Source of the DNA: Azolla caroliniana
Lineage: Eukaryota; Plantae; Polypodiophyta
Reading direction: 5' to 3'
DNA: 64,000 bases
Assembly (NCBI GenBank): GCA_043228905.1
Contig: JBHGNT010000018.1
Span: 2,418,001 to 2,482,000, forward strand
A model generated the notes under the pieces. The model was not told where the DNA came from, searched no databases, and was given only the letters and a program-made list of their open reading frames with translations. A program made the translations under genes and the position numbers. Within the stretch, counting starts at the first letter, position 1. Each line of letters opens with the position of its first letter. Shown in pieces: positions 28,301 to 39,701 of the stretch.

Positions 28301-28750
28301 ATGACGACCCGATTGAAGAAGAACAGGAAGAAGAGAGGCCATGTGAGCGCTGGCCATGGCAGGGTTGGGAAGCACAGGAAGCATCCCGGAGGCCGTGGTA
28401 ACGCCGGAGGTCTCCATCACCATCGCATCCTGTTCGACAAGTATCACCCTGGCTACTTCGGGAAGGTCGGTATGCGCTACTTCCACAAAACCATGAACAA
28501 GTTCCATTGCCCCATCGTTAACGTTGACAAGCTCTTCTCTCTCCTCCCCGAGTCTGCGAGAGAGAAGTGTGGTGAGATCACTGGCCCCGGTCAGGCTCTT
28601 CAGCTCGATGTCTCTCAGTTCGGATTCTTCAAGGTTCTTGGCAAGGGTGAAGCTCCCCCTACTCCTCTGGTCGTGAAGGCCAAGTTCTTCTCGAAGCTCG
28701 CCGAGAAGAAGATCAAGGAAGCTGGTGGTGCTGTCGTACTTACTGCTTGA
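28301..28750 (+). CDS. RPL27A: 60S ribosomal protein L27a (uL15), intronless CDS, 149 aa
   Basis: [62 protein letters not shown]...FKVLGKG...[26 protein letters not shown]. Confidence 0.99.
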   Translation: MTTRLKKNRKKRGHVSAGHGRVGKHRKHPGGRGNAGGLHHHRILFDKYHPGYFGKVGMRYFHKTMNKFHCPIVNVDKLFSLLPESAREKCGEITGPGQALQLDVSQFGFFKVLGKGEAPPTPLVVKAKFFSKLAEKKIKEAGGAVVLTA

Positions 28751-30428
28751 AAATGTCTGTTATTTCTAGGTCCTTCTCCTTCTCCTTCTATTCTTCTTCA
28801 TTTTCGATATTTTTCAGGTCCCTTGACTTCATGTAAGAGTATCATGAGAACATGTTTAAATGTATGAACGGCTCATTATGAGAATAGCGCATTTTGATCG
28901 TACAAACTTCTGCTAATTTTCTCCTTAATGTGTTGGTATCACCGTTTATTTTGAATTACCTCTAGAGTATGTTAAGTATACTTTTTGCAGGATGTTTGAG
29001 CCTTTTTGATGAGGCCATGTTATTTCAGAACGAAAAATCCGTCTTCAAATTTCGAATTGAAAATTTCGAACTTTTAATCCATTCTGTTTCTTTTTATTTT
29101 CTGGATAGTACATCGACTATAGTTTTGGCAGAATCTCTTTAAATTTGGACGTAAGGCCAGGTTATTTGAAGGATTTATTTTCCCATTTTCTACCTGTGAT
29201 GATGCATTCTTCTCAGAGGCCAACTGCATTACGTTGCAATGTTGTCTGATGTTTTTAGATATTTGATTATTATATATGTAACATGAGAACAGTTTTAATG
29301 CGATGCTCATGCTTGTTTCATTGAAGGCCAACATATTTTGGCAGGAAAACATTGGCAAACGCATCATCCTCATCCTAAGGAAACCTTCCAGGCCTACTTC
29401 TTTATGTTATTGAGTTTCCTAGATTTTAATGGAACCACAAATTTTCCAGCTTATTTACAGAGGAAATCCTTTTCTCTAGTCAATGATTACTGTAAATTGT
29501 GCTCCCTTTTCCACATTTTTGAATGTCAACAAGTTTTTGATTATATGCTAGAGTGAGGTCAGTCTAGTTTGTAAGGAAATTTTCCATTTATGTATAGCCA
29601 TTTTTGAATGTTGCAAAATTAGCAGGTACTTGAGCTTCCTAATGCCATGTAACTAGAGCATATGTTGATGAAAATGTTGTTCATTTACTGGTAAGTGTAA
29701 TCCATTAAATGCATTGTATGTAATCTGTTATCTATGTTTTCCAATGTTCAACGTGTTTTAAATTATCTGTAATTTCAATGTAAAGACTAGTTTAGTTTGT
29801 TTTTGTAGGGAAACAAATGTTTTCTCTCATTATATGTATATGTAACTTGTTTTTTGGTTGTGATTATTGGTGGAATTATATTAGCTTGATTTGATGATGT
29901 TATTTATTGTTAACTCTGTTTTCTCTGGCAAATTTGTTTGTTTAATACGAGTGTATTAAATTCTGTTTATTCTAATATTTCTGTATGTTTTGTTGATACC
30001 CTATTACTGTAAAATTTTAACTGATTTGGCAGTTTTCTTTGTTGATTAAAATCTCTTAAATACGCTGTCTATTATTGCATCGCTTTGATGTTGTTAAAAT
30101 GTAAGCGTCTGCATCCCAAAGATGTAAGATGTTTATAGGAGTATTTTTCTCTTAATTGTACTTTTAGTGGTAGCTGGGTAATATCTACATAGAGGTCAGT
30201 TTTGATTGGAAATCAAAGCGCTACATTGGCGTTTATGAAAAGTTTTGACATCCAAGTTAATGGCAGGAAGATACTAATTGGTGGCATATCTTCTGATCAA
30301 ATATTTGCTTTTTAAGTTGGAAAATTTTATGTGACTCTTTTGTTTCTGCAGAAGTTCAATGCAATTATTATGGGTTTTCAAGCAATTAATTGGATGTTCA
30401 AGTCCATACCTGTATGGTTTTCAAATTT

Positions 30429-30624
30429 CTGTGTTTTTTGAGTACTTCCATGGTCAAATTGTACCTGTTTTATCTGTGTATCTGGTATTTGAACAATTGC
30501 GTTGTAGTCATACCTTGTTTCTTCACTGTGTTTTTTGAGTACTTCCATGGTCAAATTGTACCTGTTTTATCTGTGTATCTGGTATTTGAACAATTGCGTT
30601 GTAGTCATACCTTGTTTCTTCACT
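30429..30624. repeat. Near-perfect direct tandem duplication, period 97 bp
   Basis: CTGTGTTTTTTGAGTACTTCCATGGTCAAATTGTACC...CTTGTTTCTTCACT occurs at 30429 and 30526. Confidence 0.92.
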
Positions 30625-31791
30625 ACAGGCATATATCAATGGAACAACCAGATGTCTGATTTGTACGTTTTGTCTGGGTGAAATTTAGATGCAAATTTTC
30701 TAGAAGGTTTCCTTGGAGGCATTACCCAAAATATCATCTTCACTCTTCAATCGTGTATGTTGTGAACCATGTCTATTTAATAGATGTGGAAGATCAATTA
30801 AAGTTGTGAGTACCAACCATTACTTACATTGCCTTGGAAAAATATATAAAAGAAGTTCTTTGAGAAACTTAAGTCGGAAAAATGATTGTACCAATGTCAG
30901 CTTCTATGGTCATTGTTTATGGGTGATCTCAACATTCTCGTTTCAAAGTCGAGTAGGAATAATGTGTGAATTAGAATTCAAGATCATGATTCAAGAATGA
31001 TGAATGAGGTTATTGCATCATTCTTGCACTTCCAAGTTTAATGTTCTTATGCTCCATCTAATTTAACATCAATCAAAACATTCCTTATATAATTGTTATA
31101 CAAACATTTACAATGATGTCTATTTTGATGTAAATGCAAACAAGTTGGCATCATGTAGTGCATGGAGAGAAGTTACGATGGGAAAGCTTGTGCTTTTGTA
31201 CAAAGACACTTTGCAACCAAGTGTAATCTAGTGATATCATGTCTGTAGAAAGTTGTGACAAATAAGAGCGATGGAACTAATTTTCTTTCCATCAATAGGA
31301 CTTAATGATTGGGGATCAACATGGGACAAAACTTGATATTTGTCATTTGACATTGACAAATACCTTACATATTAACACACACTTCCATTTCCTCCTACAA
31401 TTGCCATCCTCGTCCATCCTTCCTCCATGCTAGATTAAGTGAAGCAAAGGCAAACATGTTATGCTACATCAAATGAAGCCAAGCAAATATGTTTCGCCGT
31501 TAGATTATACGATTGCACAAGAAGGAAATCAACGTAAAAAAGATTGGATATTTTTTTAACACCACTTGGTAGGTTATTCTTATGAGACGTCTATTTGGAA
31601 CAATTACGTGTGGAGCCTACATTGTCCTCACATTTTAGAATATAAAAATTAATTGGGTTTGTTTTTGCAAAATTTGAAAGTTCTAGGTGTTTTTTTATCT
31701 TCCAAAAAATGAGCTACTTTCCCATTAGTTAGAAGAGATTTTTATAGAAAGACTATACAAGGTGGCTTATGCATAAATCGGGGAATCACTG

Positions 31792-32028
31792 CCCAGTCGA
31801 GTTCAAGAATATGAGGCTACGTACATATCCTCTCCTACATTCTACTTAACGTAGCCAGGTATCTAGAGTTATAAACTAGTGGCAATCATTGTCGGCTAGC
31901 ACGAACCTGATCCTCACCTCCCAGCCGAGTTCAAGAATATGAGACTATGTACATATCCTCTCCTACTTTCTACTTAATGTAAGTAGGTATCTAGAGCTAT
32001 AAACTAGTGGCAATCATCGCCGGTTAGC
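31792..32028. repeat. Direct duplication, period 128 bp
   Basis: CCCAG(T/C)CGAGTTCAAGAATATGAG...TATAAACTAGTGGCAATCAT occurs at 31792 and 31920. Confidence 0.9.
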
Positions 32029-32500
32029 TACAAAATTTGAATGTTGTAGGTGTTGATGTTTTGCTTCAATTATTTAGGTTATACATGGCTAGTTTGATAA
32101 TACATTCATGAGTAAAAGGCAAACACACCACACTATGCTTGTAGGTCTCTATCCATGCATTAATATGGAGGGCACTTTACCTTCATAATAAATGCAATCC
32201 GATTGTTAGTTTGAGGAAACCTCTACATCATAGCACCCCATTTATTTCAAACCTTTTCGAAACACATCCGATATGGCTTCTAGAACACAAAAATCTAATC
32301 TTCTATGTGTCATAATCCAATCAACTGATCAAGTGAATCAATCTACTATCCATTACATGGTGTAGAATAATTAGTGTCACAATATTTACGGTAGATTGAT
32401 ATCAAAGTAGAAACACGAAAGAGGTATCTAGGCCAATAACATATTGGGGCAATATCGGAATTCTCAAAAGTAAGGAGAGGGGGTGGTCAATTTTTTCAAC

Positions 32501-32812
32501 ATAGTAGATCAATATGAGTGGTGGGAATATGGAAGAAATGCAAAGGTATACATACTACATTCGATAGGAAAGGGTAAGGGCTGATACGTGAAGGTGGGCA
32601 TATACAAATAGATAGAAGGAGTATTCGATAACAATTGTTGTTTCTTTTTAACCAAGCTTATACAAATAGTAGATCAATATGAGTGGTGGGAATATGGAAG
32701 AAATGCAAAGGTATACATACTACATTCAACAGGAAAGGGAGAGGGCTGATATCTGAAGGTGGGCATATAGAAATAGATAGAAGGCTTATTGGATAACCTT
32801 GTTTCTTTTAAA
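32501..32812. repeat. Direct duplication, period 165 bp
   Basis: ATAGTAGATCAATATGAGTGGTGGGAATATGGAAGAAATGCAAAGGTATACATACTACATTC occurs at 32501 and 32666. Confidence 0.9.
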
Positions 32813-32948
32813 CCCATGCATACGAGAGAGGTGTTAGGGCTAACCGTTAGGTCTTTTTTTGGCCTAGGCAAGCGAAAGAACTGATGGGCCGACCAATGGC
32901 GGGCACCCAAAGAAACAAGCAAAAGAAAGCAGGAGGTTGCAAAATGAT

Positions 32949-32987
<39 letters not shown>

Positions 32988-33219
32988 CAAGAATTACAAT
33001 ATATATGAATTGAGAATGTTGCATGTATCGATAACAAGGAGCTTTAGTCTCTATTGATCTTATGTATTTACTAAGGAACTAAGGAACATGTACATATTTG
33101 GGTTTGTTGTTAAAGACAAGATAACACTTAAAAACATGTAATTAACTTGTTTGGTCTTATACACACAATCATAGTACATAAAATTCGTGTTCATCGAGCA
33201 TAACATTCGTTTTCCTATG

Positions 33220-33417
33220 TTGAAAAACGAATGCGAATGTTATTCAATCATTCATGTTTTGTTTTTTTTTTTTTCCTTTTTCTAGTTTTATTTACCTCAT
33301 AATAAATAGTTAATCCAAAAAGTATGGTATTACATTATTCGTTGAAGGTGTTTACCATGCTCGAATGATTATACGTTCGCGCATGCGAATGCACGTATGA
33401 TACGTATGGTTCATACA
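33220..33417. repeat. Dispersed ~200-bp repeat, copy 2
   Basis: Colinear similarity to 25350-25551 in the same orientation. Confidence 0.75.
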
Positions 33418-33785
33418 ATGCACACAATACATATTATTATATACATTTTGGCCTTCCTATATAAGAAAGACGTTACCATTTCTTTCTTTCTTTCTCTCTT
33501 CTCTTTCTCCTCCTGCCTGTCATTGTGATCGTTCCTAGTATTTGTTACATATATACATTTTCTGTGTATGTGACTGTCTTGTATGATCTAAGACAGATTT
33601 GCTGTTATAGATCCAATTTCCCTGAATAGATAATCTTTCTCATTCTTTCTGCCTGCGCGCGCTGTCACACACAGTTTTTGCATTTGATCGCTTGTTGATC
33701 TCCAACGATCCCTCTCGGAATTCCAGATCCCATCTAAAGGTTAGTTTGACTTCTCTTGTGTTTTCTTTTTGTGTACACAGACAAA

Positions 33786-33786
<1 letters not shown>

Positions 33787-33859
<73 letters not shown>
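33787..33859. repeat. (AC)n microsatellite
   Basis: Pure AC run of about 36 units. Confidence 0.98.
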
Positions 33860-33860
<1 letters not shown>

Positions 33861-35320
33861 TGTCTCAGTTCCACGTCTCATGTTTCTGAATTTAGGGTTC
33901 CATGTCTCATGTTTTTGAATTTAGGGTTCCATCTCTCAACTTTCAATCAATTTATGTATATTGAAGAAAATAGGTATTTACTTGAATAGACATTGGTTAT
34001 AAGAACTTGGTCCTCTTTCAAAGATTGTGTTTGCGCATTCGTACATACGTGAGAAAGAGAGTGAGAATCAGATAGATATATGTCTTTTTAATGTCCACGG
34101 GAGACTGATTGCTATATGTGAGACAGGGCCTAGCCCATGGCGAGGATTGAAACTGGGTTCTCTCCATTTTCTGACTTTGATGCTATGGTGTAAACTACCA
34201 AGCCAACAGTCAGCAGCCATAGAGAGAGAGAGAAACGTTTTTATTATCGTCCTTGTCCTTCTGTGGAGGTCACATATGACATATGAGACACGCATTTATC
34301 AAGTAGTATGTGTGGAATTGAGTGATGCCTCTTGATTTCAGAGAGAGTGTGAGAAAGAGTTGTCAGTGTAACTAGTATAGACCTGGTGCCGTGGGTCATG
34401 TATCGCTTTGCTTGGCCTTTGCTCCTCTGTAATTTTGTGAACTTGCTGCCTTTCTGCTTCTTGTATACCAAGTTCTATAACTCAATTATCGATTGCTTTT
34501 GGTCCTGGAGGTAGGGCTGAGTCTTGCCTAGTATCATGGTTTGTTGTTGGTCATCGTCTATTGTGCACACATTAATTCAGTTGAAAGATGTCTTCTTCTT
34601 TTCCAATCTATGTGCCCCACATACAATGGTGCTTCGCATGCTAAAGTTCTCCACCAAATTTTTTATTACTTCAGTATTCAAAGCGAAAACTATACATGTG
34701 CTTTCATCCAATCTCCCATTTATCATGAGATTTCTAGATCTTTTTAGGCTTTCACAAATTTTGTGGCTATATCTATATTATTGTCATTCAACAATTTCAA
34801 TGTCTCTTGGTTTCTAACAAGAACAGTCCCAAGCATTGCGATTCTTTGTATTCAAATTACCCTTGTGTAGTTTAGCAAAGCCTCGTTCGAAGAGGCTGTG
34901 GTTTCCACATCCTGATGGTACAGTTGGCAGATGTGTTCTTCCATAGCTTTGGATGCTTACCTGCCAGTTTCTGTCTCTAATTGATGTGATATAGTCTTGA
35001 CCTGCCGTATTACAGTGGGCCTGAGGATAAATCTATCATGTGACAAGTGGAAAGAGAGGGCCTTATATTGGGCTAGATTCTGACTAAGCTATATTGAAAT
35101 GGTGCGAATGAATTTTATATGATCCTTGCAACCGTTTTCTATTATCAGCAAGCCAACAATACTTACCTTACAAGTTCTATGGACTGTTTTGATGATATAA
35201 GTGCCAATCCCAAGTACCTTTTTATCTTCATAAGGGGAGAGTGAGAGTGAGAGGTAGATGCAGAATGAAAACGAGAACGACAATGCAGGTTACAGGTCAT
35301 AGTTCATTGACCACCTCACA

Positions 35321-38300
35321 ATGGAAGGCGTTGTTGTTCGGAGAATAATACCCGCAGACAATAGTTGTCTCTTCAATTCTGTTGGGTAAGCAATATGTAG
35401 CTATGAACCAACATTGGGAATTCAGATCCTAAAGTTTTTTCTTTGTTTGTAGTTATGTCATGGAACACAATAAACATAAGGCAGACGAATTAAGACAGGT
35501 TTAATTCCTTATATACTAAAGTTATGACTTTAATAAAAAATGGGAAACTCTGAAAGTAGATTGTTTAAAAATCACTTGCAGGTGATAGCTGCAACTGTTA
35601 TTAGTGACCCTGAAAAGTATAATGAGGCGTTCCTTGGAAAACCCAATGAAGAATATAGTCAATGGATTTTGGATCCGAAAAAATGGGGAGGTAAGGATGC
35701 AAAGGTTATTTGTAGCATTTCAAATATCTGGCCTTGAAGATGTTGACAATGACTTTCATTTGAAGTATGGGTACAATTGATAAGTAGTTTAAGATAGGAC
35801 CAATATTTTCAAAATATTTATTATTTATTATTTTTTTTTGCATTTCTTATGATTGACAAATTCCAATGTTTCATAATATGAAATTTGAGGTTGCATGATG
35901 GTACACCAGCTAAGACGTAGAGTAATTTAGATCAATTGTGTCTTATGATTATATGAATTGGCTCAAATAGTTAGTACGTTATAAATGGGAGGAGTCAGTT
36001 TGGGGTGTAGATCATATATATAGAATCACAGAGTATAATGGTTTCTGGAATATCAGGTTAACTGAGGGCAGTTCTATGAAAATAGCATTGGTACTGCTGC
36101 AGCTATGATGAGGGCCAAAGTTAGATTATCGAGGTAACCTTGTTGTCATTGGTTTCAAGAAGGCTTTTCAGACCAAGTCTGCATTCTCTGGAGTCTCGTA
36201 TACATCAAGGAACATGTTTCATATTGATACATGTGCACATTTATTTACTGAACACGTAAAAGCGATTTTCCATTGGAGAAACATTACCTCTTTGCTAAAA
36301 TTTGGTCTTTGATGTAATGTTCCACCATGTTTCAAAGGAGAAGATGTGGAAACATGTCAGGATAAATTTTAAATACCCCAATCTTTGTGATGTATATATC
36401 TGCAGTATTGGGAACTTTTTCTTTCCTAAATTCTATTAATTGGAAAGATTTCAAGCCAGCCGATCTCCATCTTAGAATTATTTTTTCTCTGCGTTCATGA
36501 TTCATTTTCACAATTTTCCTCAGATACTTGATTGAAATTTGTTTCACATTTCAAGGCAGCCAATCTCTATCTATCTTAGAATGAATTATTTCTGTTTTGA
36601 CTACTTTTGCGATTCATATTAACTGATATCAATTTTCAATGACATCCAAGAATCTATGTTCCTATTTGTTTGTTTACTTGATCTTGATCAAAACCTTCGT
36701 TTATTTTTACTTCGAATGTTTTGGTTGTGAGAAATTCTCTACCATTTTGGCAACCTCTTTATTTATTCAACGAAACCTTCTTTTCCTTGTGATGTGCAGA
36801 GTGCCAGAAATGCATTCCCAATAGAGCTGCTGCAATGGTTTCATCTAATTTACTTCGCTGATTAGTCGTGAAAAACTTTGAACCATGTTTATTTAGACCC
36901 TAATAAGCAAATAGCAGTCCATATATATATATATATATATAAAAGAAGCAACAGTGATAACAATCTCTCAACTACAGATCCCATGAAATCAGTCAAAGAG
37001 CTTATCCAAGATCTTCTTAATACTTGTATTACATCTCCCTCTGTGTGATGTGCCATATATTCTATGCTCCAACTTGAGCTTGTGCAATGGTGTCATGTAA
37101 TTTTACATGGCTGATTGGGTTCTTGATTTTGTGGGTGGAAACTTCCAACTATTTTGCTTTAGAACCTCATAAACAAAAGAAAACTTGTTGCAGATATAAT
37201 CAATCATGACCATCCTCCCCAATTCTTCACATAGAATGTTTTGAATTTGGTAATGATCTTATACAAAATCTTCGCAATGCTCATATCAACTCTCTTACTG
37301 TCTGATATATGCTGCTGCAATCATGATCACATCCTTACATCTGTTTTGGATGCAATTGAGGGAGCTTCTGAAAACTGGAGAGCAGAGGGAAAAAGCAACA
37401 AAGAAATGTTGTGTAAAGATTTTAGTATTCACTGAAACTTTTGAAGGAAAAAGGATTGATCAGGTGGATGCGGATGTTTTGTATTTTTCGTACAGAGTAA
37501 TTATTGGAATTAATTGGAAGGCAGCTTGTATGGATTTGTGGGTGGAGGGAGCTTAAATTTTTATTTATGTTTATTTTTTATGGGTATTTTAAAATTTTTG
37601 TCTTCCCTAGGGAACTTCCAATCTTAGTCACTTCTTTTTTATGAAGGCATATGGATTAATTCTATGTGCCTTTGTTGCAGGTGCAATAGAGTTAGCCATA
37701 TTTTCAGAATATTATGGGCGTGAAATAGCTGCTTACAACATCCAAACAGCACGTTGTGATCTTTATGGGCAGGTATTCTTTTTCAAATTGAATGCAATGT
37801 GTAAATATGATGTTATAACTATACAATTCATCTCTGATTGCAACAGGATAGAGGCTATAGTGAAAGGGTAATGTTGGTGTATGATGGTCTGCACTACGAT
37901 GCTCTTTCTGTGAGTATCAATATGTTTATCCTTGTCTATTTGCTGATGAAACTTTGTCATCTGAGAAGTTAGCAGTTCTTTCTTGTAGATGAGTCCTTTT
38001 CCAAGCGCACCAGAAGAAGTTGATCAGACAATCTTTTCTGTGGGGAAGGACAGAAGTATTGGTTTGGCTGCAGAACTAGCTGAAGAACTTATTTATGATG
38101 CCCTTAAGTTAGTCTGAATGATCTTATAACATACATTTTTCATCTTGACTGTGCATGATTATATAGCTTCATGTTGTAGGAATAGGAAGTTTACAGACAC
38201 TTCAAAGTTTACATTGCGATGTGGTGCATGCCAAAAAGGAGTTGTTGGACAAAAGGTGTGTTGCCTGTACAGGATTGATGTTCTAAGTAATGTTTGTAAA

Positions 38301-38546
38301 ACTCCAAGTCATTTGGTCATCTGAGTAGTTTCAAGAGTGGGAAAGAAGATGAATTAATCCTGTTCCACACATAAGAAGAGTAATGACTTATTTTGCCTGT
38401 TGCTGAGAAACAGGAATAAGCAATTTGGCTATAAATAACTCCAATATTTTATTCACTTTATTCTTCTCATCCTTGGTTTTGGTTTGCAGGAAGCTGTTGA
38501 GCATGCTAAAGCAACTGGGCATACAAATTTTGAAGAATACCGATGA
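35321..38546 (+). CDS. OTU2: OTU-domain deubiquitinase, OTU2 (yeast Otu1/YOD1-like) with C-terminal C2H2 zinc finger, 8 coding exons
   Basis: MEGVVVRRIIPADNSCLFNSVGYVM (catalytic D..C), FLGKPNEEYSQWILDPKKWGGAIELAI, LVYDGLHYDAL (catalytic H), [34 protein letters not shown]. Confidence 0.95.
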
Positions 38547-38852
38547 GTCAATGTTTGTTTCAAATATTGACACCTGTGTTTTGACAATTTGAAAAATTGA
38601 CAGATTATGTATTTATGAAAACATTTGCTTATCATGAAAGAAATTAAAATCAATGTAAATGATAAGCAAATTAAAACCCAGTCAATAAAATTTCAAGAAT
38701 ACCAATAAGTCAATATTTGTTTTAAATATTGATACCTGTGTTTTGACAATTTGAAAAATTGACAGATTATGTATTTATGAAAACATTTGGATATCTTGAA
38801 AGGAATTCAAATAGATGTAAATAATAAGCAAATTCAAATTCAAACCCAGTCA
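38525..38852. repeat. Tandem duplication (period 162 bp) spanning the OTU2 last codons, stop codon and 3' UTR
   Basis: AAGAATACCGATGAGTCAATGTTTGTTTCAAATATTGACACCTGTG at 38533 versus AAGAATACCAATAAGTCAATATTTGTTTTAAATATTGATACCTGTG at 38695. Confidence 0.9.
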
Positions 38853-39701
38853 TTGGGAATAATGTCATTTCATATTATTAGCAAGGGATAGCTATATAAT
38901 GTCTCTGAATAACCTTCCCTTCTACAAATTCTAGCATATGATAATATGCTAGTACTATGCATGTGGTATATTAAGATTACATTATCGTAGAAGTGATAAT
39001 CCACTAAAAACACTTGAAAAAATCTAGGCTCTGTGATTCAACAGCATTATTATTGTGCATTTGTTTCTGATTGGCAGTAATGAAAGATTTATAAATGCAG
39101 AATTTAAGCGCAAATTATCTAAACTGCTGAAAACCACAGAACTGGGGGGCAAACGAGGATATTTTGAGTTTCATTTGCTTAACAGAATCCACATCTAATT
39201 GCCTCAGGTATATATATATATATATGGTGTACGTTTCTTAATTTGGCACTATCTGCATTTCCCCACATAAACAATAAAAACGAGAAACTTCAATACATTT
39301 AAAATATATTAATGCCTGCAAATGCAAAATTACAAGAGGAACGCCTATAAGAGTTATGACCTTGCACAGGTTTCATTAACAATGATGGGATAACTTGTCA
39401 CATGGGAATGGGAAGGGTAAACAAAAGAAGTATCTTCGTTTATAAAAGAAAAATTTAGCATTGCAAGAAGGCAAAATTGAAACTGGGCATAAATCACACC
39501 CTGTAAAGGAAACTCTTAGCCATATTGAAAATTATAATTACATACACAAATTAAGAAAAAGATAACCAAATTCGGAAACCTGCTTACTCACACCAGCAAT
39601 AATTTTAACAATGTTCAGCATAAAATTAGGCAGATTGTGTTTCAGATTTAACTGAGATATCATAAATTCCTTGCTGCAAAAATGATGTAAAACCTCGTAA
39701 A

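Noticed and set aside
28241-28507. Minus-strand 88-aa ORF
   Set aside because: Antisense shadow of RPL27a.
30720-31250. hAT (DUF659-like) transposase relic, also hinted at ~11510-11570 (W...KPLINFM)
   Set aside because: Only faint motif resemblance. Too decayed to call without a search.
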